Positions 25,918 through 38,542 are shown, numbered from the whole stretch's first letter. The stretch: DNA of 54,779 nt, filler included, from Porpidia crustulata (GCA_964255105.1; 4 parts of 4 records of this genome joined end to end with filler, not necessarily neighbours in it), one strand, 5' to 3'. Notes: generated by a model from the letters alone, not told the origin. Program-made: numbers and translations.

Positions 25918-26754
25918 ATGCGCTTCCAACAACTCGCTCTTTCGCTCGCTGCTCTTGCAAGCTCTGCCCTTGCCCAGACACCCCAAGGCGTTACACCCTC
26001 TACCAGTAATAATCTCCCAGTCAAATATGGCTCGACGGTCGTTACGCCTGGCATAAAGCTACCGATAGCCCGTAAGTCGCTAATTTGCCGTTGTCAACCC
26101 ATCAACTCCCTTGCGAATACTTACTCGTACTCAGTCACCGCATCAAACCCTACCATCAGCTATCCCGCCGCCGCCCCAAATGCCACCTACATGGTCCTCT
26201 TAGTCGACTTCTCCATCCCCGGAAAAGCAATCAACATGTCCTTCCCCGGGCCCAAAGTCCCCGGTCTAGGCCCTCAACGCTACACCCGTCTCCACTACTG
26301 GCAGACCAACGTTGCGTTCAGTTCCAACGGGACCTTCGCAATCAAGGCTGCGCCTATTGCACCTTATCAGGGCCCCCAGCCTCCGCCAGGCGACGGTCCA
26401 CATACATATGTGTTCTTCCTGTTCCCTCAGACAAGCGCGTTCGCGCCTCCAGCGAACGGGACTCAATTCAGCGCGGGGACTGTGGATCAACAACAAAACC
26501 GATTCAACTTCGACGTCTTGGCATTGTCCAAACAGGCTGGTGTCGGGTCGCTGGCCGCCGCGAACTACATCGTGGTGGAGAGTTCGACGGCGACCGCGAG
26601 TGGGACTGCGCCGAGCGGGACTGGAGCAGCGATGCCTACCGGGACTGGAGCGTTGAAGCCAGGCACGACTGCCGTGNNNNNNNNNNCGGTGAAGGTCGGC
26701 AGCAGCATGATGGGCTGGGTTGGAGCTGGAGCGCTGCTCGCTTGGTTGTTGTAA
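25918..26754 (+). CDS. Secreted PEBP (phosphatidylethanolamine-binding protein)-like protein with probable GPI signal
   Basis: Signal peptide MRFQQLALSLAALASSALAQ; TYMVLLVD, RLHYWQTN, APYQGPQPPPGDGPHTYVFFLFPQ and LAAANY are PEBP hallmarks; Ser/Thr/Gly stalk and hydrophobic tail. Probable intron 26072-26134; 10-N gap at 26677-26686; TATA-like run near 25824. Confidence 0.85.
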   Translation: MRFQQLALSLAALASSALAQTPQGVTPSTSNNLPVKYGSTVVTPGIKLPIARKSLICRCQPINSLANTYSYSVTASNPTISYPAAAPNATYMVLLVDFSIPGKAINMSFPGPKVPGLGPQRYTRLHYWQTNVAFSSNGTFAIKAAPIAPYQGPQPPPGDGPHTYVFFLFPQTSAFAPPANGTQFSAGTVDQQQNRFNFDVLALSKQAGVGSLAAANYIVVESSTATASGTAPSGTGAAMPTGTGALKPGTTAVXXXXVKVGSSMMGWVGAGALLAWLL

Positions 26755-27358
26755 ATACCCTTTTGATCACCCACCCAGGATGCTTTGCACATAGTCCATC
26801 GTCTTCGCCTCCGAAGAAATATTGTCATAATTCACGAACCGAAGCGGAGACTACCAATATCCATGTATCAAGATAGCCAGGCTGTTTATTATGGAGTCAC
26901 TATATATATTGATTACATATTGATTACATATAGAAAAGTTCAATTCCATTCCAATTTATCGGGATAAAACTCTTTTGACTACAAGCTCCTCTACTACTCA
27001 ATTGCTTCTATGCCAATCCCAATGCCTATCTCTAACATATGTCTATCAAATACCAAACCGTCAAACAAACATAAACAACCTACGCTCGATCCCATCAAGG
27101 CCGCTTTTCAGATTTCATCAACATTTCTTTAGTAATATCATACATAATCATTTTACCTTCCACACCAAAAGCACACAAAGTATCTAGGTACTCATAATCC
27201 CCCGTCAAACCGCCACCCACGTTCTCGGTTCCCGAAAAGCTTCAACGATCGAGATGACAAAACTGACTGTTTAAAATGTGTTCGATTGGTTTTTAAGAAA
27301 GCAAGGCGGGGGGAGAGTGAACGATCCTGGGGGTGGTTTGAGGCGAATCTCTTGTTGG

Positions 27359-27458
27359 NNNNNNNNNNNNNNNNNNNNNNNNNNNNNNNNNNNNNNNNNN
27401 NNTTAATTAATTAANNNNNNNNNNNNNNNNNNNNNNNNNNNNNNNNNNNNNNNNNNNN
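27359..27458. other. Artificial assembly linker
   Basis: 44 N + TTAATTAATTAA + 44 N. Confidence 0.97.
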
Positions 27459-28169
27459 GGGTTGTAGCAAATGTGACGAGGGTGGTTGGGGATCTGCAGC
27501 GAGGAAACGCACGGGGGAGACTTTCGGGTCACCGATTCAACGGCAATCCCGGGGGGGGACGGTGCTTACGATATCCTGTCCACATGAGTGGGGATGCTGG
27601 AGGACACGAAGGCGTATGCATGAGAATAATGATGAGGTGAGGAGTCAGTGCGAGATAAGGCCAATATCGTAATCATAATACCAAGAGTCACGAATCACAA
27701 ACAACACATTCCATCGCAGCATCTTTTCTCCCTTTCTCTGCTAGACCCGCGCGAACTTGTTCACCTGTCCATTCATCCCCAGGTAAGCCGAGACAGTTAC
27801 ATCCTTGCCAGTCCGCACTATCTGAGTTCAACGTTGGGGGGGGGACGTGACATTCGAAGAAGATCGAAGAAGAGAGACAACGGAGCTTGAAGGAAAGAGG
27901 TTGAATCGATCGTGTTCATGCACCGGCTACGCCAGCTAGCTTTGGTCTCAATATAATTATGGTAAAAAAACCCCCTTTTGATCGACCGGTCTAGGTCTTC
28001 GCTCGCAATTTACTTCAAAGCCACCGAGAAAAACGCCTTGCAGAACAAGAAAATCTGCAACTACCCCTCCTGCAAACACCGAGGATTTCTTCCGATCCCT
28101 AAAATGATACATCGTTGAAAAGTGTAGTAGCCCGTTCGCTCCGCCCGTCCTGCGATATTTTCCCCATCA

Positions 28170-31100
28170 TCAATCATCATCGCTCACGGCCCCGCTGTCG
28201 CCGCCGTTTGTGTACCCGCCCTTGTTGCCGTTGAACGTGAGTTTTAGCTTCTGCTGCCCGAGGCCGGCCCCCGAAGAAGCCATCGGTGTACCCACGCTGC
28301 TGACTGCGGCTGTGGAGCGTCCGTCCGCAGGTGTGGATCCCGGGTCTTCGAAATCCTGGAGGTCTGGATGGAATTCCGTTTCCTCTTTGAGTTTGGAGAT
28401 GCAGGCAGCCTGTGGAGATGTGTCAATAAGACGTGGCGTTTTGTTTCACATGATGGGGGAGTTGGGACGGGAGCACATACCTCGATGTCGTTCGCATCTT
28501 GGAACAACATGCTACCATCTTCATTATAAGTGCGGGCGTTATGGCAGAGCAGGCGTATATCATCCCTAAATTCTTTCAAGCTCTGATACTCCTCTTTGTT
28601 GATCTTCTTCTTGACATGGTCCATTGAGATGGGGTTGGTGATGATGATGTAGTAGTCCGGATACTGGGCTCGGGGAACAAGCTTGATGAAAGGGTCGATG
28701 ATACCTCTAGTTGGAGGCCCATCCTCGTCATCGGAGGATTCACCTGGGATTTCTGCTTCGAGATCCATGAGATACTGATACGTGTTGTTTACTATCTTCT
28801 GTAGAAGATTGCGTTCACTATTGCTTAGACTATCTGCCTTTTTCGACTGCCGTGCTCCACGGCTTCGTTTAGATGCCGGTATATCATCGATTTCGTCTTC
28901 TGCTTTCCGCTTGGCGCCGTTGATTTTGCGACCTCGTTTTTTTGGTGTCGGTTCTTCCGAGCTGTCTCTTGATGGTGCGGGGGAACTTTCGATGCTACCT
29001 CCTTTACCGGTTCTCCTGGCCTTATTCGTATTACGCTTCTCAATCTTCGCCATCTTTCGCGCAGCTGCAGCCTCAATGGTGTCTTCATCATCATCTACAG
29101 CATTCAGCCATTGCTCCTCAGTCAGTCCGTCATCATATTTGACACGAGTTCTCTCTCGTGCCCCACGACCCGCGATCTCCTCGATTTCCTCAGTCACAGG
29201 GTTATCTTCTTGCATGTAGATGTCTGGAAGCTCGTCCTCCGCCATTAGCCGTGGGAGCTTCTTATCAGGTCCGTAGACAGGATCTTTAGCACGTTCTGCG
29301 TCTAGTTGCTGAAACATAGTCAACTCTTCAGGAGACCTAGCCATAATCTCATTTAGCCAATCATCGTCCATTTCCTCCTGTTCATGGAGCTGCTCGACAG
29401 CCTCAGCAGTGTCCAGTAACGTCCGCAGCAGTGCATCTCGCTCCTCATTTGTGGATTTGTTGTCAAATTTCCCGGCTTGAATAACTTTGCCATCCATATC
29501 AAGCTTGTAGTTGGCTCGCTCAAGGATCTTTTCCTCAACAGAGTTCGAGCTGATCAGTCGTAAGATGCGAACTTCATTTTTTTGACCAATTCGGTGGGCA
29601 CGATCCTGAGCCTGCAAATCCTGATGGGGATTCCAGTCAGAGTCATAGATGATGACAGTATCGGCAGTTTGGAGATTCAAACCGAGACCTCCTGCACGGG
29701 TGGATAAAAGGAAACAAAAGTAAGGTGAATTAGGAGCATTGAATTGCCCAAGTAGCTCCGATCGATCGTCGGACTTTGTAGAACCGTCGAGGCGAAGATA
29801 CTGTAGGCCTCGCAGTCGCAAAAAGTCTTCCATAATATTCATGATTTGAGTCATCTGGAAAAACATCAAGACTCTGTGGCCAGACTTGAACAATTTTGGT
29901 AAAATGCGATCCAAGAGTTCAAATTTGCCTGCAGTACGCCATAGAAGGTCGTTTGTGCTTTTGTCCGGATTCATCTGATCTTCAACCTGTTCGAATACAA
30001 ATGGATGATTGCAAAGCTTGCGCAGTTGCATAAGCATGTTACTTAGACCGCGCATGCCAGTCTTGCCGCCTTTGCCATCGCTGACTGACATCTTGTTGTA
30101 CGTAACAAGTTGCTTGTAAAGCTTGGCCTGCAATGCCGAGAACCTGCATTTGATCACACGTTCTTGCTTATCAGGCAAATCTTTCTCCACGTCTTTCTTA
30201 AGACGACGTAGCAAGAACGGTCGAAGAACCTTGTGCAACCGACGAATGACTAGAAGCTGCTCTTCTTCTGTGAGTTCCATCCGGTCTCCACCTCCAGTAT
30301 TTGCAAATGGTGTGTTGAACCATTCATCAAATGATTTCACTGATTTGAAGATTGCAGGTAGAACAAAATTCAGAAGTGCCCACAACTCAGGCAAGTTGTT
30401 TTGCAATGGGGTACCAGTCAAGATCAGGCGGAATCGTGTATGATAGTACTGTGTTAGGGTGAGGGTCAACTTTGATTGGGCGTTCTTCATACGGTGTCCC
30501 TCGTCAACGATCATGTGGACCCATTTAATTTTACTAAGGACCGGCCGGTCTTTGATGATATACTCATAGGTTGTAAGTAGGACCTGGAAATTACCCCAGC
30601 GAATTTGCTGCTGCTGTTGTTTACGAGCATTAGGCGGACCTTTGTAAACAACTCTCGAAACCTGTGGCGCCCATTTTTCAAATTCGAGATTCCAATTTGT
30701 AAGTGTACTGAGAGGTACGACGACAAGAAAAGGACCGTTCTGCTTCTTCTTCTCGATGAGGTAGGTGATCAAACTGATAGTTTGAATAGTCTTCCCCAGA
30801 CCCATCTCATCTGCAAGGATACCGTTGAGATTATTATTGTAGAGCGATATCATCCACTGCAGACCCTTGATTTGGTATTCTTTCAAAGTCCCACCTACAA
30901 GGAGATTTGGTTGCACCTTGACCTCTTCCTTAATGCGATGAGCAACCTCGTAGTAGTCTATCTTGGGTCCACCTTCTATTTCATCTTCACTCTCGCTCGT
31001 GTCATCTGCAGGAGGCGGGTCATCGTCGCCATAGTGCTCGGCTGCACTTCGCTGCTGCTGTTTGACGGATGCGGCAAGCTGCCCTAAGAAACCGTCTGTC

Positions 31101-32666
31101 TGTTTGAGTAAGTGCGAAATTCGCGAGTCTTTCGCCTGGCCAAGGAGCTTCAAATAGGTCTCTTCGTCGTTGGCTTTCAATGCCTGCAGACGTTGCTTTG
31201 CTGTCCTCTCGACTCGCTTTTGCTCTTCTCTTTCAATAGATTGGTGATGCGATATCATCATCCGACCAAGCTTCTGAATTCTTTGCCTTTGCGCGAGTGC
31301 GTTCGTCTTTATCTCTTGACCGTGCCTTGAGATAGAAATGATGTGCTCCCGCTGCTTCGCTTCCTCCTTTTTGTTCCTTGCGTCTCTCTGCTCTTTCTCT
31401 AGCTTTTCTGTTATGCGTGCCTCGCGGAATGACTGTTTCTTCAGTCGTCGATACATGGCACGGTTAGCAGTTTGAGCAAGGTTGTCGTAGTAAATCATGT
31501 CTCTGCTGATCTGCTGGCGAAGTTGTCGCTGTTTGGGCAGCAATGAAATCATCTTCAGCTCGATCTGAGCTTTCAACTTGAGACTTTCGTCGGGTTGAGG
31601 CGTCTCGCTCTTGGTCACGTCCCACGAGTCGATATTGGCAGCGAGGTCCATCAGCTCATACTTCCGATACATGATACGATTATACGCGATACGCTCTCGT
31701 TCCTCCCGGACACGATCCACATCCACGCCGGATGGTATAATACAGGGCATCATTAATCGCCGTGCCCTATTAGTATGGTCTGCATAACTGATGGAAGGGG
31801 CTATCTCATCATAAGGTGACTTGAATGACTCAAAGTAATGACGCACAAAAGGCGATTTTGTGGCGTTCTGAGTGATTGGTGGGACAGCAGGAGCTGCTGC
31901 CTCTTCTAGGACTTGCTCAGCAGAGACTATTGCTTGCTCCGTTGTGATGGGCTGCTTGCTTTGTTGTGACGGGAATAGCTGTTGCTGTACTGTCGGAGGA
32001 ATTGCCAAGTTCTTCGACAGTAGCTTGAAGGCTAAAATTTGATTGCGAAGCGTTGTCATCTGTTCTTGGGTAAAGTTATTGGGGGGCGGCCGTAGTTGTT
32101 CAAGTACCGAGCCAGATGCCTTTCCGGTCGTGGTAGTGGACTGCGGCTCCGAATAGGTAGGAATATTGACTGAAGCGGCTGTCGTTGAAGGCGTGCCCAC
32201 TGAGGCAGGATTTGGTTGTCCTGGATTTAGTTATTAGAACATTGATACTTAAGTCTTGATGGAATACTCTACCGTTGATGCCATTTGTGATACTGGGTGG
32301 ATTTGCACCATTTTGTTGTTGTTGGCGTTGTTGGGCCTGCTGCTGCACTTGCTGCTGCTGTTGTTGATATATTTGCCGTTGCTTTGCGAAAGCTTTTTGG
32401 TGCTGGACGGCAGCAAGAATATTGTAAGCTTTGGCGTATTCTGGATCGTCTGGGCGAACTCCATTATCTTTCATCTGCTTGAACTTCTAATAGATGTTAG
32501 TGAGCGTTGTTTCGTACGTTCTTGTGGTACGATGGAAGTGAATGTGACTCTGGTGGGGGGTTCCAAAGCTTACTTGATAAATCTCCTGTAATTGTGGATG
32601 CGTAAGACCTGGAGGTATAATACCAGATCCTTGAGGAAAAGTAGGAGCACTTTGGACGGATGCCAT
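28170..32666 (-). CDS. STH1: RSC/SWI-SNF chromatin-remodelling ATPase (Sth1/Snf21), 4 exons
   Basis: QLQ (FTQEQMTTLRNQILAFKLLSKN), HSA, SNF2 ATPase (GILADEMGLGKT, IVDEGHRMKN, FLLSTRAGGLGLNLQTAD, QAQDRAHRIGQ), SnAC and bromodomain (YPDYYIIITNPISMD..NARTYN). Introns 32573-32487, 32272-32221, 28480-28410; stop TGA 28172-28170. Confidence 0.94.
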
Positions 32667-33519
32667 CGTGTCGGTTACTAGATTCAGAGCTTCAGTACTT
32701 ACCCTAGTCGAATGCTGCCGCGCTCATCGGGATTATGAGACGCGGCGCAAGCGAGCTGCGATGAGGGTCGATAATAGCAGGCAGCGGTTGAGGCTGAGAG
32801 AAGCGGGGGCGGCAAAGTTATTTGATATGCCCTGCAAATTGCGCAACGCGTACCAACCGACGTGTTGAGGATTTTCAGAAGGGTGAGTCAGGTTAGTAAT
32901 GGCGGGGCGCAGGCCAAAAGTCGTTTTCGTCGATGAACGGGTGATGCGGTGTCGTTGGTGAGAACCGAAAGGAAGTTCATTTAGGTTTCTACTAGGGGCC
33001 CGCTTAGCCTCGGTTCTTGCGGCGCTTTACTATGTTTGGTAATCATTACGGTGGCCAAGAAAAACATTTATACAGGTAGCATGACAGCCAACATGGCTGC
33101 TGCTTACGAAAGCTAGTCCCTTTGCCTCAGATTGCTCTGACTGATGGCCGACTACGCCGAAATCCGTAGAACCTATCTGTGATGTAGTTCTACTACTGTT
33201 CTTCGATAATCCCGCGGTTACAGGCTACTGCATGTAGATCTCCGGCACGTACTAATTTGCACCTCGAGACGAATCAAATCTAGGATACAAGCTACATACC
33301 GTCCTTCAGAGTCGCCGAACACTTTCGTAGCTAGCAAACCGTTTCGGTCATCAACGTTCCCGGTACGACTGAGTGAAGCACGGCCTGAGAATAGCTACCC
33401 CGTGCCATCCTACCAGACTCCTACGTATACAACTCCTCAGCTCTCATCTGGCCACAAAACCATGAGCACGGGCGCCTATCATACATTTACACTTCCAACC
33501 AGTATTATGTCGTAAGGAC

Positions 33520-35108
33520 TCAAGCATAAGACACATTAGTGGTGCTTAGAGCACTCCTTTTCATCGGTGGCGGTGGTGGTGGCTTCTTTGCTCGCGATGG
33601 CGGAGGAGGTGGTGCTTGCTTCTTACCATTGGTTGCAGGCGCACTAAGTGCTGAATAGCTCCCGGATCTAGATGCAGCACTACCGTGCGAGGTCGCCGGT
33701 GATGCTGACCTTTGTGATCTATCTTCGTATGACCTGTCAGGGCTACTGGTAAATGTCGAGTCGTCCGATGGATCGCCGAATAAATCATTACCGGTGTTGA
33801 CTCGAGCGATAGGACGCAATTGCGTTCGTTGGGTACGGACAGTGAGATTGTCACTTGGAACTCTAGAAATCCTTGTGGCTGATGGGGACGAGTCACGATG
33901 AATCTTGGTTGGACCTTCAAAAGTCGTCGATCTGTTGATGCTTGGTCGCCCGGAGTTGAAGTCGAAGCCTTGCAACTCGCGCCGAGGTGATTCCGGTGGG
34001 CTGTATGCTGACGCAGCACGGTTGGAGCGGATGGAAGGGCGTGTTTCTGGAACCGATGGCTCTTCCTCAATCTGGTATGACCGATCTGCAAAAGAGTGGG
34101 CAGTATTCGAGCGAGACCGAGGGTGTTTACGGTTGTCTTGACTATTAATGTCATTTTGCCTAAGGTTTCGGTTAGATCTGATTTGTAAAGGTCGAGTGTG
34201 GATATAGTTACCCGGCAGGCCAATCTCGTTTCAACTGTAGAAGGACATCACGACATCGGTCGTAGTAGTTCAGCTCCGATTCTAGGAATTCTCCGAGGTC
34301 ATTCACACTGTCGGCTTCTGCCTCCTTAATCTGTGATTATTCTTAGCAGTTGCGGCAATTAATTATACTGTCACCACTAACGTCCTGCATTCGGCGATAC
34401 ACATCCTCGCTACTTTCCTCATATTTCGCCTTTTGTGCGCGCAGCTCTTCTTCGACCTTGAAGTCCTCCTTCTTCGCTTTCTGCATTTTGGCGAGGGATG
34501 CATCATATGCAAGACGGCGGCTCTCCAATTTCTTCCGCGCAGCCTAAGCACTTGTAAGTGCTTGCTCCAATCGCTGAAACGGTAGGCGTACCTGGTACTC
34601 TTTCATCTGTGCAAGGGATCTCTCCAACGACTCAAGCCAGCTTGTGGTCGCATTTGAAACATAGTTTTCCTGGATCCGCCCAATTCGTTCATTTGTCCTG
34701 CCCATACCTAGCGCAACGTCAGTCACACTCTACGTTTGTTTTTCTCATGACATACTGATAAGACACTGGCCAAATTCAGAGTCGTTCTCAAAATCTTCCC
34801 CATGGTTGAGCATAGTAGAACCCAAATACGTCACAGGCAATATCTTCTCCTTGTCATCGCCTTCGTTACGTTTCGATAAGGTCTTTACATAGGCGGTCAT
34901 CGACTTCTGGAGCCTGTCCATACCTGGAGTACATCAGCATTCTGGCCGACCTCATCATGACAGCTTGCGATGTGATGCTACCTTCGTGCCTCAGAGTCAT
35001 CTCCACTTCTAAGGACTTGAACTCGTCGGAGACACTTGTCTTAGCCTCTTGGCCCATTCTCTCACCCGCCCATTGCTTGAAGCGACCGAGCTTTTTGTTG
35101 ACGTTCAT
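33520..35108 (-). CDS. BAR-domain protein (Mug137-like) with Pro-rich C-terminus, 6 exons
   Basis: MNVNKKLGRFKQWAGERMG...SEFGQCLI...WLESLERSLAQMKEYQAARKKLESRRLAYDASLAKMQKAKKEDFKVEEELRAQKAKYEES...KKQAPPPPPSRAKKPPPPPPMKRS. Introns 34981-34924, 34755-34708, 34591-34544, 34380-34331, 34211-34161. Confidence 0.88.
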
Positions 35109-35978
35109 GATGCCACTGATCGACTCTATTCTACGAAGGTTCAATGACGGAGTGAGTAGCAGAATATTTGTTCTTGGAGATGCAAGATAATGCGACGAAA
35201 TGATGAAATTGGAATGACCGAAGAGGTGAGCGAGAGTGGATAGTTCTCCACATAAACGAGCGTGAATGAGCTGAATGGAAATCATGGAATGATAATTAAT
35301 TGACAAGACGTCGGCCCATTGGAGCATTATGTTTTGCGGGGCTTGGCGCTACCGGCGCGAACCCCTCGAATCCCCTGTGGCAGGGCAGTGACGACGGGTG
35401 TACCAGATATGGTTACGAGCAACTCCATGAGCCGACAGGTAAGGTACTGTGTTCAAGGGAAGCGACAACATGCAACGATCGCTAAAGATGACGTAGAGAC
35501 GTAACTGGTTACGGTTGCCATATCGCGCCTGTTTCCGACGTGTATCGCATTGTTCTGGGCGCCTTAGAGTCTAGATCTTGAGTCGTTCGAGTGAGGCTCA
35601 GTACTGTTTCGAGTACGGTCCCGACTTTCAGGGGTCGGCGGCTACGGTATGTGTTCACGCATACGTACGTGATAGACTTATAATCACAACTCAACGTCGG
35701 CCAATCGATCTGTGCAAGAAAATTCTAATTCTTGCTGGGCGCTGTAGAGCCTGGAGGTAAGCTCCCTATTCCGCTTGATCGAGTCTAATATTCATTGATG
35801 TTGTGGCACTCAACTAGAAAGTGACGGTTACTGGGGTTGAATTGGGGGCCTTTTCTCACTCCCAGCATCTGCATCAACGCAGTGAAAATTGGAGTTGGCT
35901 TGTCCGTGAGCAACGCAATACCTCAAGCCATCCCCGTAACAAATACATGTGGTTCCACATGCAAACCCCCAATGATAC

Positions 35979-36924
35979 CTAATCCTTCGTTTTCTGTGTA
36001 CCACGAAGAAGACCAGTTCTCCGAGCTGCAATGAGACCTGCTTTCTGACCTTGTGCCGCGTAGCGAGAGATAGTTGAAGCTTTGCCGATATGCTGGTGAT
36101 TACCACCACCATGGGGCTAAAGTTGTTCGTTAATGATATTCTCAAGTCAAGGGTAGTAGTGTGGAATCCCTTACATGATCAACGGGGTTCATAGCAACAC
36201 CGCGGGTCTTAGGCCATGAGTTTCGCTTGACGGCAAACTTATGCTTTGCACGAGATGCCTCTACATTCACCATTAGTCTTCGTCTTGCAAAGGACCAGGG
36301 CCGTCAATGTCTAGGACTCCCGTACTTAGTAATGGCTTGTCCGTACGTCCACCTCCAGCAACGATTCCGATCATCCCCCTGGCGGTGCTCCGAATGACCT
36401 TCTTCGCTCCACTGGGCAACTTCACCCTGGTCTTGCCTTCGTCTGGATTGTGGCCAATGACGGTGACATAGTTCCCTGACGTCCTTCCTAGTACTCCCCG
36501 ATCTCCAGCTTTATCCTCTACATTCGTCACAACAGTACCTTCGGGAACCGACCCCAATGGTAGAACATTGCCAACCGTAAGGGTCGCATTTTTGCCAGCA
36601 TAGATGAATTGACCGGTGTACATGCCCTCGTTTGCGATAAAAGTCTCCGTACGCAACTTGAAGCGGTAAGGATCCCGGAATACTACTTTAGCTAATGGTG
36701 CCCCTCGCCCTGGGTCGTGAATGATTTCTTTGACTACACCACGGATGTAGCCATGTCTCTCTGCGAAGTCGAGTGTTCTGAATTGCGCAGGCGCTTTGTT
36801 TAGACGAGTATGGGCCGCTGGACATCGTTGTCAGCGCATCATTCTGAGCGGTCTCCCTTGGATTTAGTGACGCACTGAAAATAGATCCACGACCCTTCCT
36901 CTGGTTGCGAATCACTCTACCCAT
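35979..36924 (-). CDS. RPL2: 60S ribosomal protein L2 (uL2), 4 coding exons
   Basis: [21 protein letters not shown]...[22 protein letters not shown]...[26 protein letters not shown]...[14 protein letters not shown]. Introns 36875-36818, 36325-36261, 36174-36117. Confidence 0.98.
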
Positions 36925-38542
36925 AGTGGTCTATCCTAAATATAAGTGTTAGTCTCACTTTGCCATGGTAATGTTCATTGGTTCTGGCACTGGGTGCACC
37001 TTACCAGAGTAATTCAAAGTTTTGTGGGCTCGTATGACAGATTTCGATGTGTTTTGCGAGTTCGTGGGTTGCTGGTTTAGCACCTTCGCTTAGCAAAGTT
37101 AGCGTTGCGTTTCAAACGAGCCGCATCTCGCATCTAACCGCATCGCCCGACGTAGCCTTTGAACACTACAACGAAAAGTCTCAGTGTCACAGATCGGAAG
37201 TCTGTTGTTTCAACCTCCTATGGTGTCACTCGATAACAACATATTGTGTCAGTGAGCTGGGTAAGCTAGCATTAAAAAATGCTTCCTGGATTACCCAGTA
37301 TATCTAAACAGTAACTCGTCACGAGTTCATTCATAAATTGTAGTGCTTTATCTTTTATCCAGAGCTTTGGGTGGTTATAGTTATTGAGGATTGGCAGTCA
37401 CAAAGACTAACTTCTACCAAAGTGGCGATCATCGCGAATGGCATCTGTTATTACAGGGTTCAACGCACTTTTCGCGTCCAAGCGTCATAGCTTGCTTCCT
37501 TTCCTAATGATTCTTTTTTTCATTTCTCATACAAGATCTTGAGTTTCGTTGCGTTGGATTTACCGCGCAGAATAAGTCCGGTAACCTCAGCCGAGATCAT
37601 TTCTCTTCATATCTTATTGACCAACCGATGGACAAATTTTCACTAATATACCTAGGAACTTTGGGGAAGAATGTTTTGTTGAACATATGAGTTAGAGAGC
37701 ATTTATCTAGAAGGTGAGGCCTCTCTATATAGATACTGACTACAAAGAGAACAATACTGATCGTATTGATGGCCGGAAGCTGCATTTACTTCCGAAAGCG
37801 GTAACATCTACCGCATCCGATGAAACGTGAAGAGTCCCCTTTATCAAGATGTTTGCGACCTTTGGGGTTCAGCGATGTTGAACTTCCCTGCGGGTATACC
37901 TGCGTCCCGCCGACGATAAATCACGAGGCTATCAAGAAGACCAGTTCATTTATTATTTCCAAAAGTCGCAGGCGACATGCCAGTGTTTTTCTCCGTACAA
38001 TCAATGGCTTGGTCATCGTATGAAAATCATAGAAATCAAACCAATCCCTCCGGTCGCTTGACGACAATATCCAGAGTAAAGGTACGCGAGTACCAAAACC
38101 GAAACTCGCATAGCTTTCTCATGATACACGAACATAAAAAGCTGTGGATTCTGCGTTCTAGCTTTTAAGACCAAAGCTGGGAACTCGAGGGTTATTGCAA
38201 GGCTAAAATAAGGTCTTCGCCATCAACCTGGTGGGCACAAAGGTCTTCAATGAACATATAAGCCTTGGGGCTATTTCCAGAATTGATCGTACTTCAACAG
38301 ACAGGACCTAAAGCGGAGATTTAGTGCCTTTCGATAAGAGAGCTGGGAATCCTGGAGTGTGAGCTTTTGGTGCGAATAGCGAGTATTTAGGATAGCTATA
38401 TCTCCTTTAAATTGGAGCCAATCTTGCGCTTGGTGATGGCGTCCGTAGTGACTCGTAATTTTGACGCTGCTAAGTTCGGTCTACTTCGAGGTCTTCAGAT
38501 TTGCAGTAATATTTGACTCCCGCAAACCCCTCTGTGGATGAC

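Noticed and set aside
26906..26931. 11-bp tandem duplication ATATTGATTAC
   Set aside because: Ordinary slippage duplication in an AT-rich 3' region.
33141..33162. CTGATGG...GAAA hammerhead-like core
   Set aside because: Lacks the invariant A of CUGANGA and properly placed stems I and III.
35200..35274. ATGATGA...CTGA pair resembling a C/D snoRNA
   Set aside because: Antisense to the BAR gene leader, no clear terminal stem, and the putative guide (AATTGGAATGA) resembles 18S rRNA in the sense rather than antisense orientation.
37395..37402. CAGTCACA Homol-D box upstream of RPL2
   Set aside because: Far from the start, not seen at RPL3, and also present upstream of the unrelated RBR gene (17192); compatible with chance.
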